From Promethearchaeia archaeon (lineage in GTDB: Archaea; Asgardarchaeota; Lokiarchaeia; Sigyniarchaeales; SOKP01), in NCBI GenBank assembly GCA_029856105.1, contig JAHQWH010000074.1:1-40199 (forward strand): 40,199 nt of DNA, read 5' to 3'. The notes under the pieces are model-generated. The model ran no database searches. It was not told where the DNA came from and saw only the letters and a program-made list of their open reading frames with translations. Made by a program: the position numbers and the translations under genes. Below are positions 19,838 to 29,232 of the stretch, one piece after another (position 1 is the first letter of the stretch; the number at the start of each line of letters is the position of its first letter).

Positions 19838-20812
19838 ATGCCTGAAAGTAGCGTTATTTTAAACGATCTTAACAAGGTCTTTATACCTTGTCGAACGGTT
19901 TTAGAGATGGAAGCATTAACATCTTTGTTTTTAGAATATTATAACTACGATCTGATCAAAGAGGTTCCCAAAAGTCAACCATCAAGCCAAAAAATTATAG
20001 AAATCTTTCAAATCTTAGAATGCCAGCCTCTTGAGAGGATTATTGAATATTTTATCGATGTAGTTGTGCATAAACTCAAACCGATCGTGATGTACGCAAG
20101 GGACCATCAAGATCGATTTAGAATGGGAAATGTAGTGGCTTACACTAAAACGCGTATGTGTCTCTATCTAGCGCTGCATAGATTAAAGTTAAAATTTTTG
20201 ATCATAAATCATTTTATGCAGGTATTTAAAGAAAATAAATTTAAAATAAATTTACCAGATGAACAAGAAGGTTTAGGAGCTCATGTGTTTATGGCTTCTT
20301 TCTATAAGAATTACACTCATAAGAATAAAATGAATCTAAGATTAATGCTTTCAACGAAAAGAGTTTCAGAGAGAGTCAGCAAATTAATAGATCTTAAAGA
20401 CATTGTAACTAACGAGGATATTATTTACGCAATAACTTTTAAAAAGTTTTTAGATGACAAGAATCGAATTAAATTTATTATGAGAGAAATTAAGGCCTCG
20501 TTATTCGTATGCAAAGTCATGTTCGCACAAATGGATGTTCTTAACCCTTTTACCATTGGTAAAGAAACTATGATCGATGCTGAAGAAATTATGTTAAGCC
20601 AAGATTTCATACCGGTACTAATACCCGCTATTTCAAATAGTTATTTAGGGAATAATCCGGCTCAACTTGAAGATTTATTTCGGGCTTATGAATTTTTGAT
20701 GAAAAGAGTATTGGAAGGACTTAATTATGCCGTAGAAATAGCTTCAGGAGGCCAAATAATTCTCGATTTAGACGATACAATATACAATTCAGGAAATATC
20801 TTCGATATTTAA
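19838..20812 (+). CDS. Hypothetical protein
   Basis: 324-aa ORF with upstream GGAG; no motif recognised. Confidence 0.75.
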   Translation: MPESSVILNDLNKVFIPCRTVLEMEALTSLFLEYYNYDLIKEVPKSQPSSQKIIEIFQILECQPLERIIEYFIDVVVHKLKPIVMYARDHQDRFRMGNVVAYTKTRMCLYLALHRLKLKFLIINHFMQVFKENKFKINLPDEQEGLGAHVFMASFYKNYTHKNKMNLRLMLSTKRVSERVSKLIDLKDIVTNEDIIYAITFKKFLDDKNRIKFIMREIKASLFVCKVMFAQMDVLNPFTIGKETMIDAEEIMLSQDFIPVLIPAISNSYLGNNPAQLEDLFRAYEFLMKRVLEGLNYAVEIASGGQIILDLDDTIYNSGNIFDI

Positions 20813-20882
20813 GTAACATGCTGAAATTTACGCGATAAAAGAAGAAAGTAAAAAGTAAAAAATTGAAATTAATTCATATAAA

Positions 20883-21995
20883 TTATTGTCGCTCTTTTAA
20901 AGCCTTTGTATATCTCTCGTATTTCCTTTTGCCAAAACCTATTACTTTAGCTAACATCTCTGACTTTTTGACGGATGTGTTAAATTCGTTTGGTTCTTTA
21001 ATATAACCTTCTTTTAAAGCATTGTTGTAAATTTCTTCGCCTATTTTAGTTCTTATCACCGATGTAGTGAATCCATCTTGCGACCCTAAACCCCCAAATG
21101 ATATGTCTGCATAAACATTGGAAAAGTCTCGGCAAGCGTAACAAGCTGCTCTAGTAATTCCTCCCAATTCATTAAAACCGATGTGGATAGATTTCTGATT
21201 TTGAAGCGTTAATATAAGGTCTTCTTTGATATTCATTTTTTCAACTTCGTTAAACGAGAAGTTAAATTTTTCTTCCAATTCCTTGCGTCCTTCAGTACTG
21301 AAAGAAAAATTAAAATTGCAAAATAGCCCTATAGTATATTTTATTATGTGTGCTGGTAAAATACTCAATTCTTGCATTTTCCTAATAGACATAATTTGAC
21401 AAGGAGTGCCAACGACTGCTATGTTCATCATATCCGAGCTAACGACTTTTTTTAGTTTAGTTATTGTAGGAATGAAAGTATTATAGTTTTCTAAACCAAC
21501 AACGCCTTGAGATAAATCAAAATGAGATCCTGCGGCTTCAATTAACTCTTCTTTAGTTGTAGCAAAGAAAGGTACTCGGTTAAAGGGTCCTTCCTTTTTA
21601 GAAACTATTGCTCCGTTTATTAAATTATGATCTAATAAATAGCTAAGGATAGCAGTTACTACACCTCCATCAGTTGCATTCTTTAGAATTTCTTCCGAAT
21701 TAGCCTGACTTGAAGTTATTTTAGCCCAATTACCTATTGATACTTTGTAATTGAATCTATCATTTAACTCATTATCCAATACATGAGTTTGAGGGCAAAT
21801 TAAATAACAAATACCACATTTTAAGCAATTGTCTTTATTATAATATCTAGGAGGTCCGGATTCAGACATCTCAATTGCTTTTAGTTCGTGTGCTGAGCAA
21901 AAGCTTACGCATCCACCACATTCTCCACAAATTCCCGGTTCATGAACCTCTCTTATCAAATCCTCAAAGGATTTAGGTAAAATCTCTTCAACCAT
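20883..21995 (-). CDS. frhB: FrhB/FdhB family F420-binding subunit with N-terminal ferredoxin
   Basis: CGECGGC and CLKCGIC; DGGVVTA, VGTPCQ, IGLFC, CYACRDF, ADISFG. Confidence 0.9.
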   Translation of the reverse strand: MVEEILPKSFEDLIREVHEPGICGECGGCVSFCSAHELKAIEMSESGPPRYYNKDNCLKCGICYLICPQTHVLDNELNDRFNYKVSIGNWAKITSSQANSEEILKNATDGGVVTAILSYLLDHNLINGAIVSKKEGPFNRVPFFATTKEELIEAAGSHFDLSQGVVGLENYNTFIPTITKLKKVVSSDMMNIAVVGTPCQIMSIRKMQELSILPAHIIKYTIGLFCNFNFSFSTEGRKELEEKFNFSFNEVEKMNIKEDLILTLQNQKSIHIGFNELGGITRAACYACRDFSNVYADISFGGLGSQDGFTTSVIRTKIGEEIYNNALKEGYIKEPNEFNTSVKKSEMLAKVIGFGKRKYERYTKALKERQ

Positions 21996-22044
21996 TTTTT
22001 AATCTACCTTTTTTATTATTTTAATTTAAAATTAATTTTTGTTT

Positions 22045-22884
22045 TTAATATTCGTTCGGTAATTTTTTAAGCTCTGCCAAAGAAAAAACGGGACCATCGA
22101 TACAGACAAATTTATTGCCAATATTGCATCTCCCACATTTTCCAATTCCGCACTTCATCCTCATTTCTAATGAATTTAGTACCTGTTCGTCATTAAATTT
22201 CAATTCTTCTAGAACTGCTATTGTCGTCTTAATCATGATTGGGGGGCCACACACTACAGCTATAGCGTTATCCGAAGAAGGTGCTACTTCTTTTACAATA
22301 GGGGCTACGAAACCAACTTTTTCTTTCCACCCTTCCTCTTCGCGATCAATAGTTAAAACCACTTCGATATCGTCGTGTTTTTTCCAATCTTCTAAAACAT
22401 CGCGGTATAAAACTTCGCCGGAGTCGCGATTTCCATAAATTACTGTGATCTTCTTGTAATCCTTTCTGTGCTTCTCGTTTAACAAGTAAATAACGAGGGA
22501 CCTTAAAGTTGAAAACGCAAACCCCCCACCAATAACCACAATATCCTTACCCTTCATTTCGTCAATAGGCCATCCGTTTCCAAAAGGACCTCTTACGCCT
22601 ACAACATCTCCAATATTGCAGTTATGAAATTCCGATGTTACGGTCCCCATCTTTTTTATAGTAAATTTAATCGAGCTTTCTTCAGTAGGAGATGAAGCAA
22701 TTCCTATAGGTGCTTCACCCTTTCCTATTAAACTTATTTCAGCGAATTGTCCAGGAATATAATTGAATTTGTTATAATCTTCTTCTTTCTTAAATTCTAA
22801 TTCAAGAGTTTTAATGTCATTAAATTTGTTTTCAGAAACAATATTTTTTACGGTGGTAAGCATTGGGATATAAAGATTAGGCAC
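22045..22884 (-). CDS. FAD/NAD(P)-binding 2Fe-2S subunit (FlxA/AsrB/HydG-like)
   Basis: PGQF, RGPFGNG, CGPPIM, MKCGIGKCGRC...CIDGPVF. Confidence 0.9.
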   Translation of the reverse strand: MPNLYIPMLTTVKNIVSENKFNDIKTLELEFKKEEDYNKFNYIPGQFAEISLIGKGEAPIGIASSPTEESSIKFTIKKMGTVTSEFHNCNIGDVVGVRGPFGNGWPIDEMKGKDIVVIGGGFAFSTLRSLVIYLLNEKHRKDYKKITVIYGNRDSGEVLYRDVLEDWKKHDDIEVVLTIDREEEGWKEKVGFVAPIVKEVAPSSDNAIAVVCGPPIMIKTTIAVLEELKFNDEQVLNSLEMRMKCGIGKCGRCNIGNKFVCIDGPVFSLAELKKLPNEY

Positions 22885-23938
22885 TCACATTCTCCTCCTC
22901 TTTTGGTTTTATATTATTTATTTTATTAATTATTGTTCTGAGATCGTTATTAACTGGGCATACTTGGATACATCGTCCACACCCCACACATCCAATTAGG
23001 TCGTAATTCAAGGGGTAATAACTAAATTTGTGTAATATACGATTTCGGCATCGCTCAATATTACTATCGCGTGGATTGTGACCGCTCGTATGAAGTGTAT
23101 AAAGGCAGAATTGGCAAGTGTCCCAGATTCTTATTCGTCTGCCACGATTCTCGTATTGAGCATTCTCATCGATAACATCAAAACAAGTGCATGTAGGGCA
23201 TAAAAATGTACACGATCCACACCCTAAACAATTTTCACTAACCTCTTTCCAAATTTCGTTGGCAAAATTACTATTTAAAATCTCACTCGTGTTAGTTAGA
23301 TCTAATTTTGTGGTTATTAAATTTTCTGCCTTCTTTGCTAATTCTTGTGCTTTTTTTACGTCTGCTTTAGAAGCTTTTGAAAGCCATGACAATTGTTGAA
23401 TTAAGTTATTTCCTTTCTCGCTTACACCTTCTACTAAATATTTGTCGCCTAAATCTACTAAAAAAATATCCATATCATCTTTTTGGAAGGGATGTCCTTC
23501 AACCGATATACAAAAACACGTGCTTTTTGGAGAATTACAACCAATTCCTATTATTAAGCTATTTTTTCTTTTTTTTAAAAATATTTCATCTTGGAAATCT
23601 CCAAAAGCGAAGAATTTTTCTAACAGATCAAAACTATGAGCGTCGCACGGTCTTATGCCGAAAAGAATATTTTTTTCGTCTAAATCTTTTCTATCTTCAA
23701 TTTCTGTAACATTTTTACCATCTGTTTTAAACTCAAAAAGAACTTCCATTTGTGGAAACAAAATTTCTTTTGGCGGAATTTTAGAATTGAAATAATTTAA
23801 TTCAATTTCTTCTGGGTTCGAAATATTTCTATAAGCAATATAACCTTTTTCTTTGACGGGAGCAAAGAAATTATATTCTCCTGATAACTCATTATACAAC
23901 TTTGCGATTTGGTCTTTCATTAAAATCATTACTTCCAT
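22877..23938 (-). CDS. 4Fe-4S dicluster protein (FlxB/AsrA/HydB-like)
   Basis: FGIRPCD, CLGCGSCTFLCPTC, HKF, CVGCGRCIQVCP. Confidence 0.88.
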   Translation of the reverse strand: MEVMILMKDQIAKLYNELSGEYNFFAPVKEKGYIAYRNISNPEEIELNYFNSKIPPKEILFPQMEVLFEFKTDGKNVTEIEDRKDLDEKNILFGIRPCDAHSFDLLEKFFAFGDFQDEIFLKKRKNSLIIGIGCNSPKSTCFCISVEGHPFQKDDMDIFLVDLGDKYLVEGVSEKGNNLIQQLSWLSKASKADVKKAQELAKKAENLITTKLDLTNTSEILNSNFANEIWKEVSENCLGCGSCTFLCPTCTCFDVIDENAQYENRGRRIRIWDTCQFCLYTLHTSGHNPRDSNIERCRNRILHKFSYYPLNYDLIGCVGCGRCIQVCPVNNDLRTIINKINNIKPKEEENVSA

Positions 23939-23954
23939 TTTCTCACCACTTATA

Positions 23955-24968
23955 TTAATCCTCTTCCATCATAAATTCTTCTTTATCATCCATCTTAAAC
24001 GACATCATTGGAGATACCGTTTCTTTATCCATACCTGAAGTGAAATTATATCTTTCTTTTACAATTTTCTCTAATTTTCTCGTTATTAAATTCAAATCTA
24101 TACCCATAGGGCAAACGCTGCTACAAGCGCCGCAAGCAACACATCTACCCGCTAAGTGCATAGCTCGATTAAAATGAAAAGCAAAAATGTCTGTAAAATC
24201 AGTTGTTTTTCCAAACCAAATAGGTTTATTTTGGTCCACGAAACACAGATTGCAATAACACATCGGACACACTTCTCTACACGCATAACATCTCGTGCAT
24301 GCGCTTAAAGTATCTTTAATATACGCCCATTTTTCTTCAGAAGTTTTGGATTCAAAATCAGAAATGTCGTTAAAATCATCTTCAATAACGGGATTCTCTA
24401 AGCATTCTCCTACGCATGAGTCGTTCACATTAGGAGGGGATTTAACCTTACAAACCTTGCATAATTCATTCATATATTCGTCGAAAGGAAATGTTTCTTC
24501 AAAATCTCTTCCCTTTACGATAATATTATTACCCAAAATAGAAGCTTCTAATATTTCTTTTTCTCCAATTTCCTTCTCAATTCTTTTCCTATTTATTATT
24601 CCATTACAGGAAATTCCTATCATTTTAATATTATCAAAATTAATTTGATTCTCGACGGCTAAGTGAATTAACGCTCTTCCAACGCAACCTTTTGCGACAA
24701 TACCAACTTTCAGTTTTTTACCCTCATCATCGTATAGCGTAGGAATTCTAGGAGCTAAATAATTAGCCAAATTTACGTAACATAAATTATCCCACATCAA
24801 TTTATCCACATCTTCTTCATTTGTAATGAAAACTGGAGAAGAGCTTAAGGGTACTGTTCCGTTTGTATAGCCGATAATAACGTCAACTTCCTTTTCTCTA
24901 AGCAAATTCCTTGCTAATTCTTTAATCTTATTTCCGATGTCTTGGTTTTCTGATTCAATATCTCCCAC
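23955..24968 (-). CDS. 4Fe-4S protein (FlxC/FdhB-like)
   Basis: CTRCYACREVCPMCYC, HLAGRCVACGACSSVCP. Confidence 0.85.
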   Translation of the reverse strand: MGDIESENQDIGNKIKELARNLLREKEVDVIIGYTNGTVPLSSSPVFITNEEDVDKLMWDNLCYVNLANYLAPRIPTLYDDEGKKLKVGIVAKGCVGRALIHLAVENQINFDNIKMIGISCNGIINRKRIEKEIGEKEILEASILGNNIIVKGRDFEETFPFDEYMNELCKVCKVKSPPNVNDSCVGECLENPVIEDDFNDISDFESKTSEEKWAYIKDTLSACTRCYACREVCPMCYCNLCFVDQNKPIWFGKTTDFTDIFAFHFNRAMHLAGRCVACGACSSVCPMGIDLNLITRKLEKIVKERYNFTSGMDKETVSPMMSFKMDDKEEFMMEED

Positions 24969-24974
24969 TTTTTA

Positions 24975-25436
24975 TCACCATTTTTTCTCAAATTTTTTAT
25001 TTGGTCCCAATTTTCTAACCAACTTGGTGGTTTTTCTTATCAAAACAGCAAATCGTTCGCCTTCAGCAGCAGAAGCCCACATAAAATTAACTCTATCTGG
25101 TTCAATTCCAAAGAATTCTAATAAATCCTTTAAAATTCCAAACCTTCTTCTAGCTACTAAATTTCCTGTTAAATAATGGCAATCTCCGGGATGGCATCCA
25201 GAAACCAGTACTCCATCCCATCCATCTAATAATGCTTTTACTATAAAATAAGGATTTATTCTACCTGAACATGGAACTCTAACTACTCTAATATTTGGAG
25301 GGTATTGAATTCTACTCACTCCTGCTAGATCTGCTCCCGCATAGGAACACCAATTACATAAAAATGCTAATATCTTAGGTTCCCAATCATCATTATTTTT
25401 TTTCATTTGTTCTGTTTCACTTGTAATTTCGTTCAT
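24975..25436 (-). CDS. mvhD: MvhD/FlxD 2Fe-2S subunit
   Basis: CNWCSYAGADLAG, CSGR, GCHPGDCHY. Confidence 0.93.
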   Translation of the reverse strand: MNEITSETEQMKKNNDDWEPKILAFLCNWCSYAGADLAGVSRIQYPPNIRVVRVPCSGRINPYFIVKALLDGWDGVLVSGCHPGDCHYLTGNLVARRRFGILKDLLEFFGIEPDRVNFMWASAAEGERFAVLIRKTTKLVRKLGPNKKFEKKW

Positions 25437-25440
25437 TTTA

Positions 25441-28400
25441 TTAATTCCTCCCAGTTATCATTGCAAATATCTGTTCACCTGTAAAACCGCGAATGTCAAT
25501 GGCAGCACACCTGCAGTTCCCAGCGCACGCTCCACATCCTTTACAGAGTACTGAATTAATATATGCAACTCTACCGAATCGCCTATCATCGATTAATTCA
25601 ATAGCATTATATGCGCAATTATCAATGCACATCCCACATCCAGTGCAACGAGCCATGTCAACCTCTCCAATTTTACCTTCGACCTCGATCTCGTCTTTAG
25701 AGAGAATTGTACAAGCCCTTGCTACAGCTGCGTTAGCTTGAGAAATAGAATCCTCAATTGGTTTTGGACAATGTGCTAATCCTGCCACGAATACGCCTTC
25801 TGTAGCGAAATCTACTGGACGTAATTTAACATGGGCTTCTAAAAAGAAATTATCGTCGTTTAAAGGAACTTTTAGCATCATTGCTAACTCCTCGTTATCC
25901 TCACGTTTTGCTATAATACCCGCACTTAAAACTAAAAGATCGGATTCAATTGTAATTTCTCCCATCTTCGCAGTCTTTAATTTAACTTTTAATACTGAGC
26001 CTTCTGAAATTATTTCAGGAGGTTCATTTTCTTCGTATTTAATGAATATTACTCCTTTTTCTCGCGCCTCACGATAATACTTTTCTTTAAACCCATATGT
26101 TCTTATATCCCTAAATAAAACTACAACTTCAACGTTTGGATTTTTTTGTTTTGCCAAAAGAGCGTTCTTTATAGCTTCAGCACAACACATTTTACTGCAA
26201 TAAGGATGCTCGTCGTTTCTAGAACCAACACACTGGATCATAACTACTGATTTTTTATCGTTAATATCATTAGAAGTGTTTAATAGTTTTTCAAATTCTG
26301 ATTGTAGAATTACTTTGTTATTTTGACCGTATAAAAACTCTGTAGGTTGATATTCTTTGGCTCCCGTAGCTACAAGCACCACTCCGTGCTCAAATTCTGT
26401 TTTCTCTTTCTTTGGACCGTGGATAACTGTAGTTTTAAAATTTCCAATATAACCATCAATAATTTCGATTTCTGCTTGAGTAAAAACACGGATTAATTTG
26501 TTTGAATTGATCTTTTCAATTAGATCTGATACAAATTCTTGAACGTTGCCACCTTCAAGCGTGTTATATATATGTCGAGCAAACCCCCCCAATTCTTTTT
26601 GTTTTTCAACCAAAAACGTCTCATATCCTTGCGTTGCAAAATTAAGTGCAGCAACCATTCCACTAATTCCGCCGCCTACAATTAAAGTTTTTTGCGTTAC
26701 TGGTAATTTTATCCTTTCGATCGCTTCAATATTTCTTGCTTTATTTACAGCCATCCTCACGAGGTCCTTAGCTTTTTCGGTTGCTTTGTCCCACTCGTTC
26801 ATGTGAACCCAGGAACATTGATCTCTGATATTTGCCATTTGAAATAAATACCTATTTAAACCCGCTTCTCTAATTGTTTCTTGAAACAATGGTTCGTGAG
26901 TTCTTGGCGTACAAGAAGCAACAACAACGCGGTTAAGGTGATATTCCTTTATTGTATCTTTTATTATTGTCTGAGTATCTGCCGAACATGTATATAAATT
27001 ATTATCAGCTAAAACTACATTTGGAAGATTATTTGCATATTTGGTAACTTCTGGTACATCTAAAAAGCCCCCTATGTTAATTCCACAGTGACAGATAAAC
27101 ACACCAATTCTGGGCGGTTGCCCTCTTACAAATATCTCCGGAGGAAGCGATTTTTCTTTTATTAATGTACCTTTCTTTTCGTATAAAAGTTGATTAACGC
27201 AACCAGCAGCAGCGCTAGCTTGCGTAACTGTATCTGGAATGTCTTTAGGCGAAGAGAAAGCTCCACATGCAAATATTCCAGGTTTTGATGTTTGTACGGG
27301 GTTAAAAATGTCTGTTATAGCAAAATCATATTCATTTAATTCTACACCGAACTTCTCCGCAAGAAATTTAGCGTCGTTAGGAGGATTTAAGCCAACTGCA
27401 AGGACTACCATGTGATAATATTCTTCTACTACTGTACCATCTTCCGTTTCATATTTAATTCTTAAGTCTTTCGTTTCTGGTACTTCGGTTATTGAAGATA
27501 CACGGCTTCTAATATAGCGAACGCTATATTCTTCTTGTGCCCGAATAATGTATTTATCAAAATCTTTACCATATGCCCTTACATCCATGCTGAAAATCGT
27601 TGGTTGTATTTGATGCATGTGTTCATGGGCAATTACTGCTTCTTTCGCAGTATACATACAACATACTGACGAACAATAGGGCTTTCCTTTACCTGTGTAA
27701 TCACGAGAGCCTACACATTGGAGGAATGCAACTTTTTCGGGGATATCTCCGTCCGAGGGCCGTAATACTCTCCCCGCGTAAGGACCACTAGCACTTAAAA
27801 TTCTTTCAAACTCTATGCTCGTAACTACATTCTTATACTTTCCATACCCATAAAGATTACCTTCTGGTGGGATGTATTCGTCAAACCCAGGAGCCAATAT
27901 TATTGCACCAACATTAATTTCGACTTCTTCGTCTTTTCTATCGTATTCTATAGCTTTTGCTTTGCAAACTCCTTGACAAATTCCACACCCAATACAATAA
28001 TTTTTATCAATAGCAAATACGAGAGGTACTGCTTGAGGATATTTAACTGATGTTGCTGCGTATTTCGCTAAACCTTCATTAAAGACATCAATCGCTTCAA
28101 CAGGACACTCGCGACCACATACTCCACAGCCAGTGCATTTTTCAGGGTTTATATATAACGATTTTTTTAGTACTTTTATCGTAAAATTTCCCGCTTCTCC
28201 TATAACATCTTGAATTTCACAATTAATACTTAAATCTATGTTCTGGTGTCGCCCAGTTTCAACTAACTTAGGACTTACTATACACATCGCACAATCGTTC
28301 GTAGGAAAAGTTTTATCCAACTGTGCCATTACGCCACCAATACTCGTCGTGGATTCAATCAAATAAACTTTATATCCCGAATCAGCTAAGTCTAACGCCG

Positions 28401-28455
28401 CTTGTGAACCCCCAATTCCCGCGCCTACAACCATTACTGCCCCAATCTTTTCCAT
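25441..28455 (-). CDS. hdrA: Large HdrA-family flavoprotein (1004 aa, two FAD-binding modules)
   Basis: GAGIGG, QLDKTFPTNDC, CVGSR, CSSVCC, CHCG, ASCTPRTHE, second GGGISG, C-terminal ferredoxin. Confidence 0.93.
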   Translation of the reverse strand: MEKIGAVMVVGAGIGGSQAALDLADSGYKVYLIESTTSIGGVMAQLDKTFPTNDCAMCIVSPKLVETGRHQNIDLSINCEIQDVIGEAGNFTIKVLKKSLYINPEKCTGCGVCGRECPVEAIDVFNEGLAKYAATSVKYPQAVPLVFAIDKNYCIGCGICQGVCKAKAIEYDRKDEEVEINVGAIILAPGFDEYIPPEGNLYGYGKYKNVVTSIEFERILSASGPYAGRVLRPSDGDIPEKVAFLQCVGSRDYTGKGKPYCSSVCCMYTAKEAVIAHEHMHQIQPTIFSMDVRAYGKDFDKYIIRAQEEYSVRYIRSRVSSITEVPETKDLRIKYETEDGTVVEEYYHMVVLAVGLNPPNDAKFLAEKFGVELNEYDFAITDIFNPVQTSKPGIFACGAFSSPKDIPDTVTQASAAAGCVNQLLYEKKGTLIKEKSLPPEIFVRGQPPRIGVFICHCGINIGGFLDVPEVTKYANNLPNVVLADNNLYTCSADTQTIIKDTIKEYHLNRVVVASCTPRTHEPLFQETIREAGLNRYLFQMANIRDQCSWVHMNEWDKATEKAKDLVRMAVNKARNIEAIERIKLPVTQKTLIVGGGISGMVAALNFATQGYETFLVEKQKELGGFARHIYNTLEGGNVQEFVSDLIEKINSNKLIRVFTQAEIEIIDGYIGNFKTTVIHGPKKEKTEFEHGVVLVATGAKEYQPTEFLYGQNNKVILQSEFEKLLNTSNDINDKKSVVMIQCVGSRNDEHPYCSKMCCAEAIKNALLAKQKNPNVEVVVLFRDIRTYGFKEKYYREAREKGVIFIKYEENEPPEIISEGSVLKVKLKTAKMGEITIESDLLVLSAGIIAKREDNEELAMMLKVPLNDDNFFLEAHVKLRPVDFATEGVFVAGLAHCPKPIEDSISQANAAVARACTILSKDEIEVEGKIGEVDMARCTGCGMCIDNCAYNAIELIDDRRFGRVAYINSVLCKGCGACAGNCRCAAIDIRGFTGEQIFAMITGRN

Positions 28456-28459
28456 AGTC

Positions 28460-29230
28460 TTATTTCACCCATAACCTCATAAATATTGGTGTATTTCCTT
28501 TAATTTCTTGAAAGTCAACTAAACCGCGAGTTTTTAAAGTTATTACATGCTCTAAAACTATACTCGGATCAATACTTAACTCGACAGCTAAATCTTTTAC
28601 AGAATTCGAATCTTTTTCTAAAGCAACTAAAACTCGGTGCCGTTCAAATTCATCTTTTATCGCTTTATCCATTAAAATGTTAAACCTTTGTTCAATGATT
28701 TGTTCCCCATAGACATTTTCACTTTCAAGTAGGGTTTTTTCTCTTCCTACTAATGCTCGCATCCTGTTACTACCCGCGGCCAATTTTATTGCTTTAAGTT
28801 TATCGAGTATATCTTCGTCGGGTTTTCCTCCACTTAGGGGTGAAGGACCCAATTCTTTAATATGTTTAATGAATTCGGTTACAACCTCACCAAATCTAGT
28901 ACCTTCCGAAGCAGAAACCCAATCTAATCTCACTCTTTTATCAAAGTTAATAGATTTAAGAAATTTTTGGGTCATATCAAATTTGGTTATTGCTTCGTAA
29001 TTTCCTTCAAGATAATGGCAATCTCCGGGGTGACATCCCATTACAAATACTCCATCGATTCCTAATTCAAAAGCGTGAAAAATAAATTTAGGGTCAACTC
29101 GACCGCTACACATAACTCTAATTACTCGCATATTCGTAGGGTATTGAATTCTACTAACACCTGCTAAATCGGCACCAGCATAGGAGCACCAATTACATAA
29201 AAAACCTAAAATTCTGGGTTCAAAACTCAT
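28460..29230 (-). CDS. mvhD: MvhD fused to a C-terminal helical/wHTH-like domain
   Basis: MvhD motifs in the first ~130 aa; tail SVKDLAVELSIDPSIVLEHVITLKTRGLV. Confidence 0.85.
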   Translation of the reverse strand: MSFEPRILGFLCNWCSYAGADLAGVSRIQYPTNMRVIRVMCSGRVDPKFIFHAFELGIDGVFVMGCHPGDCHYLEGNYEAITKFDMTQKFLKSINFDKRVRLDWVSASEGTRFGEVVTEFIKHIKELGPSPLSGGKPDEDILDKLKAIKLAAGSNRMRALVGREKTLLESENVYGEQIIEQRFNILMDKAIKDEFERHRVLVALEKDSNSVKDLAVELSIDPSIVLEHVITLKTRGLVDFQEIKGNTPIFMRLWVK

Positions 29231-29232
29231 CT

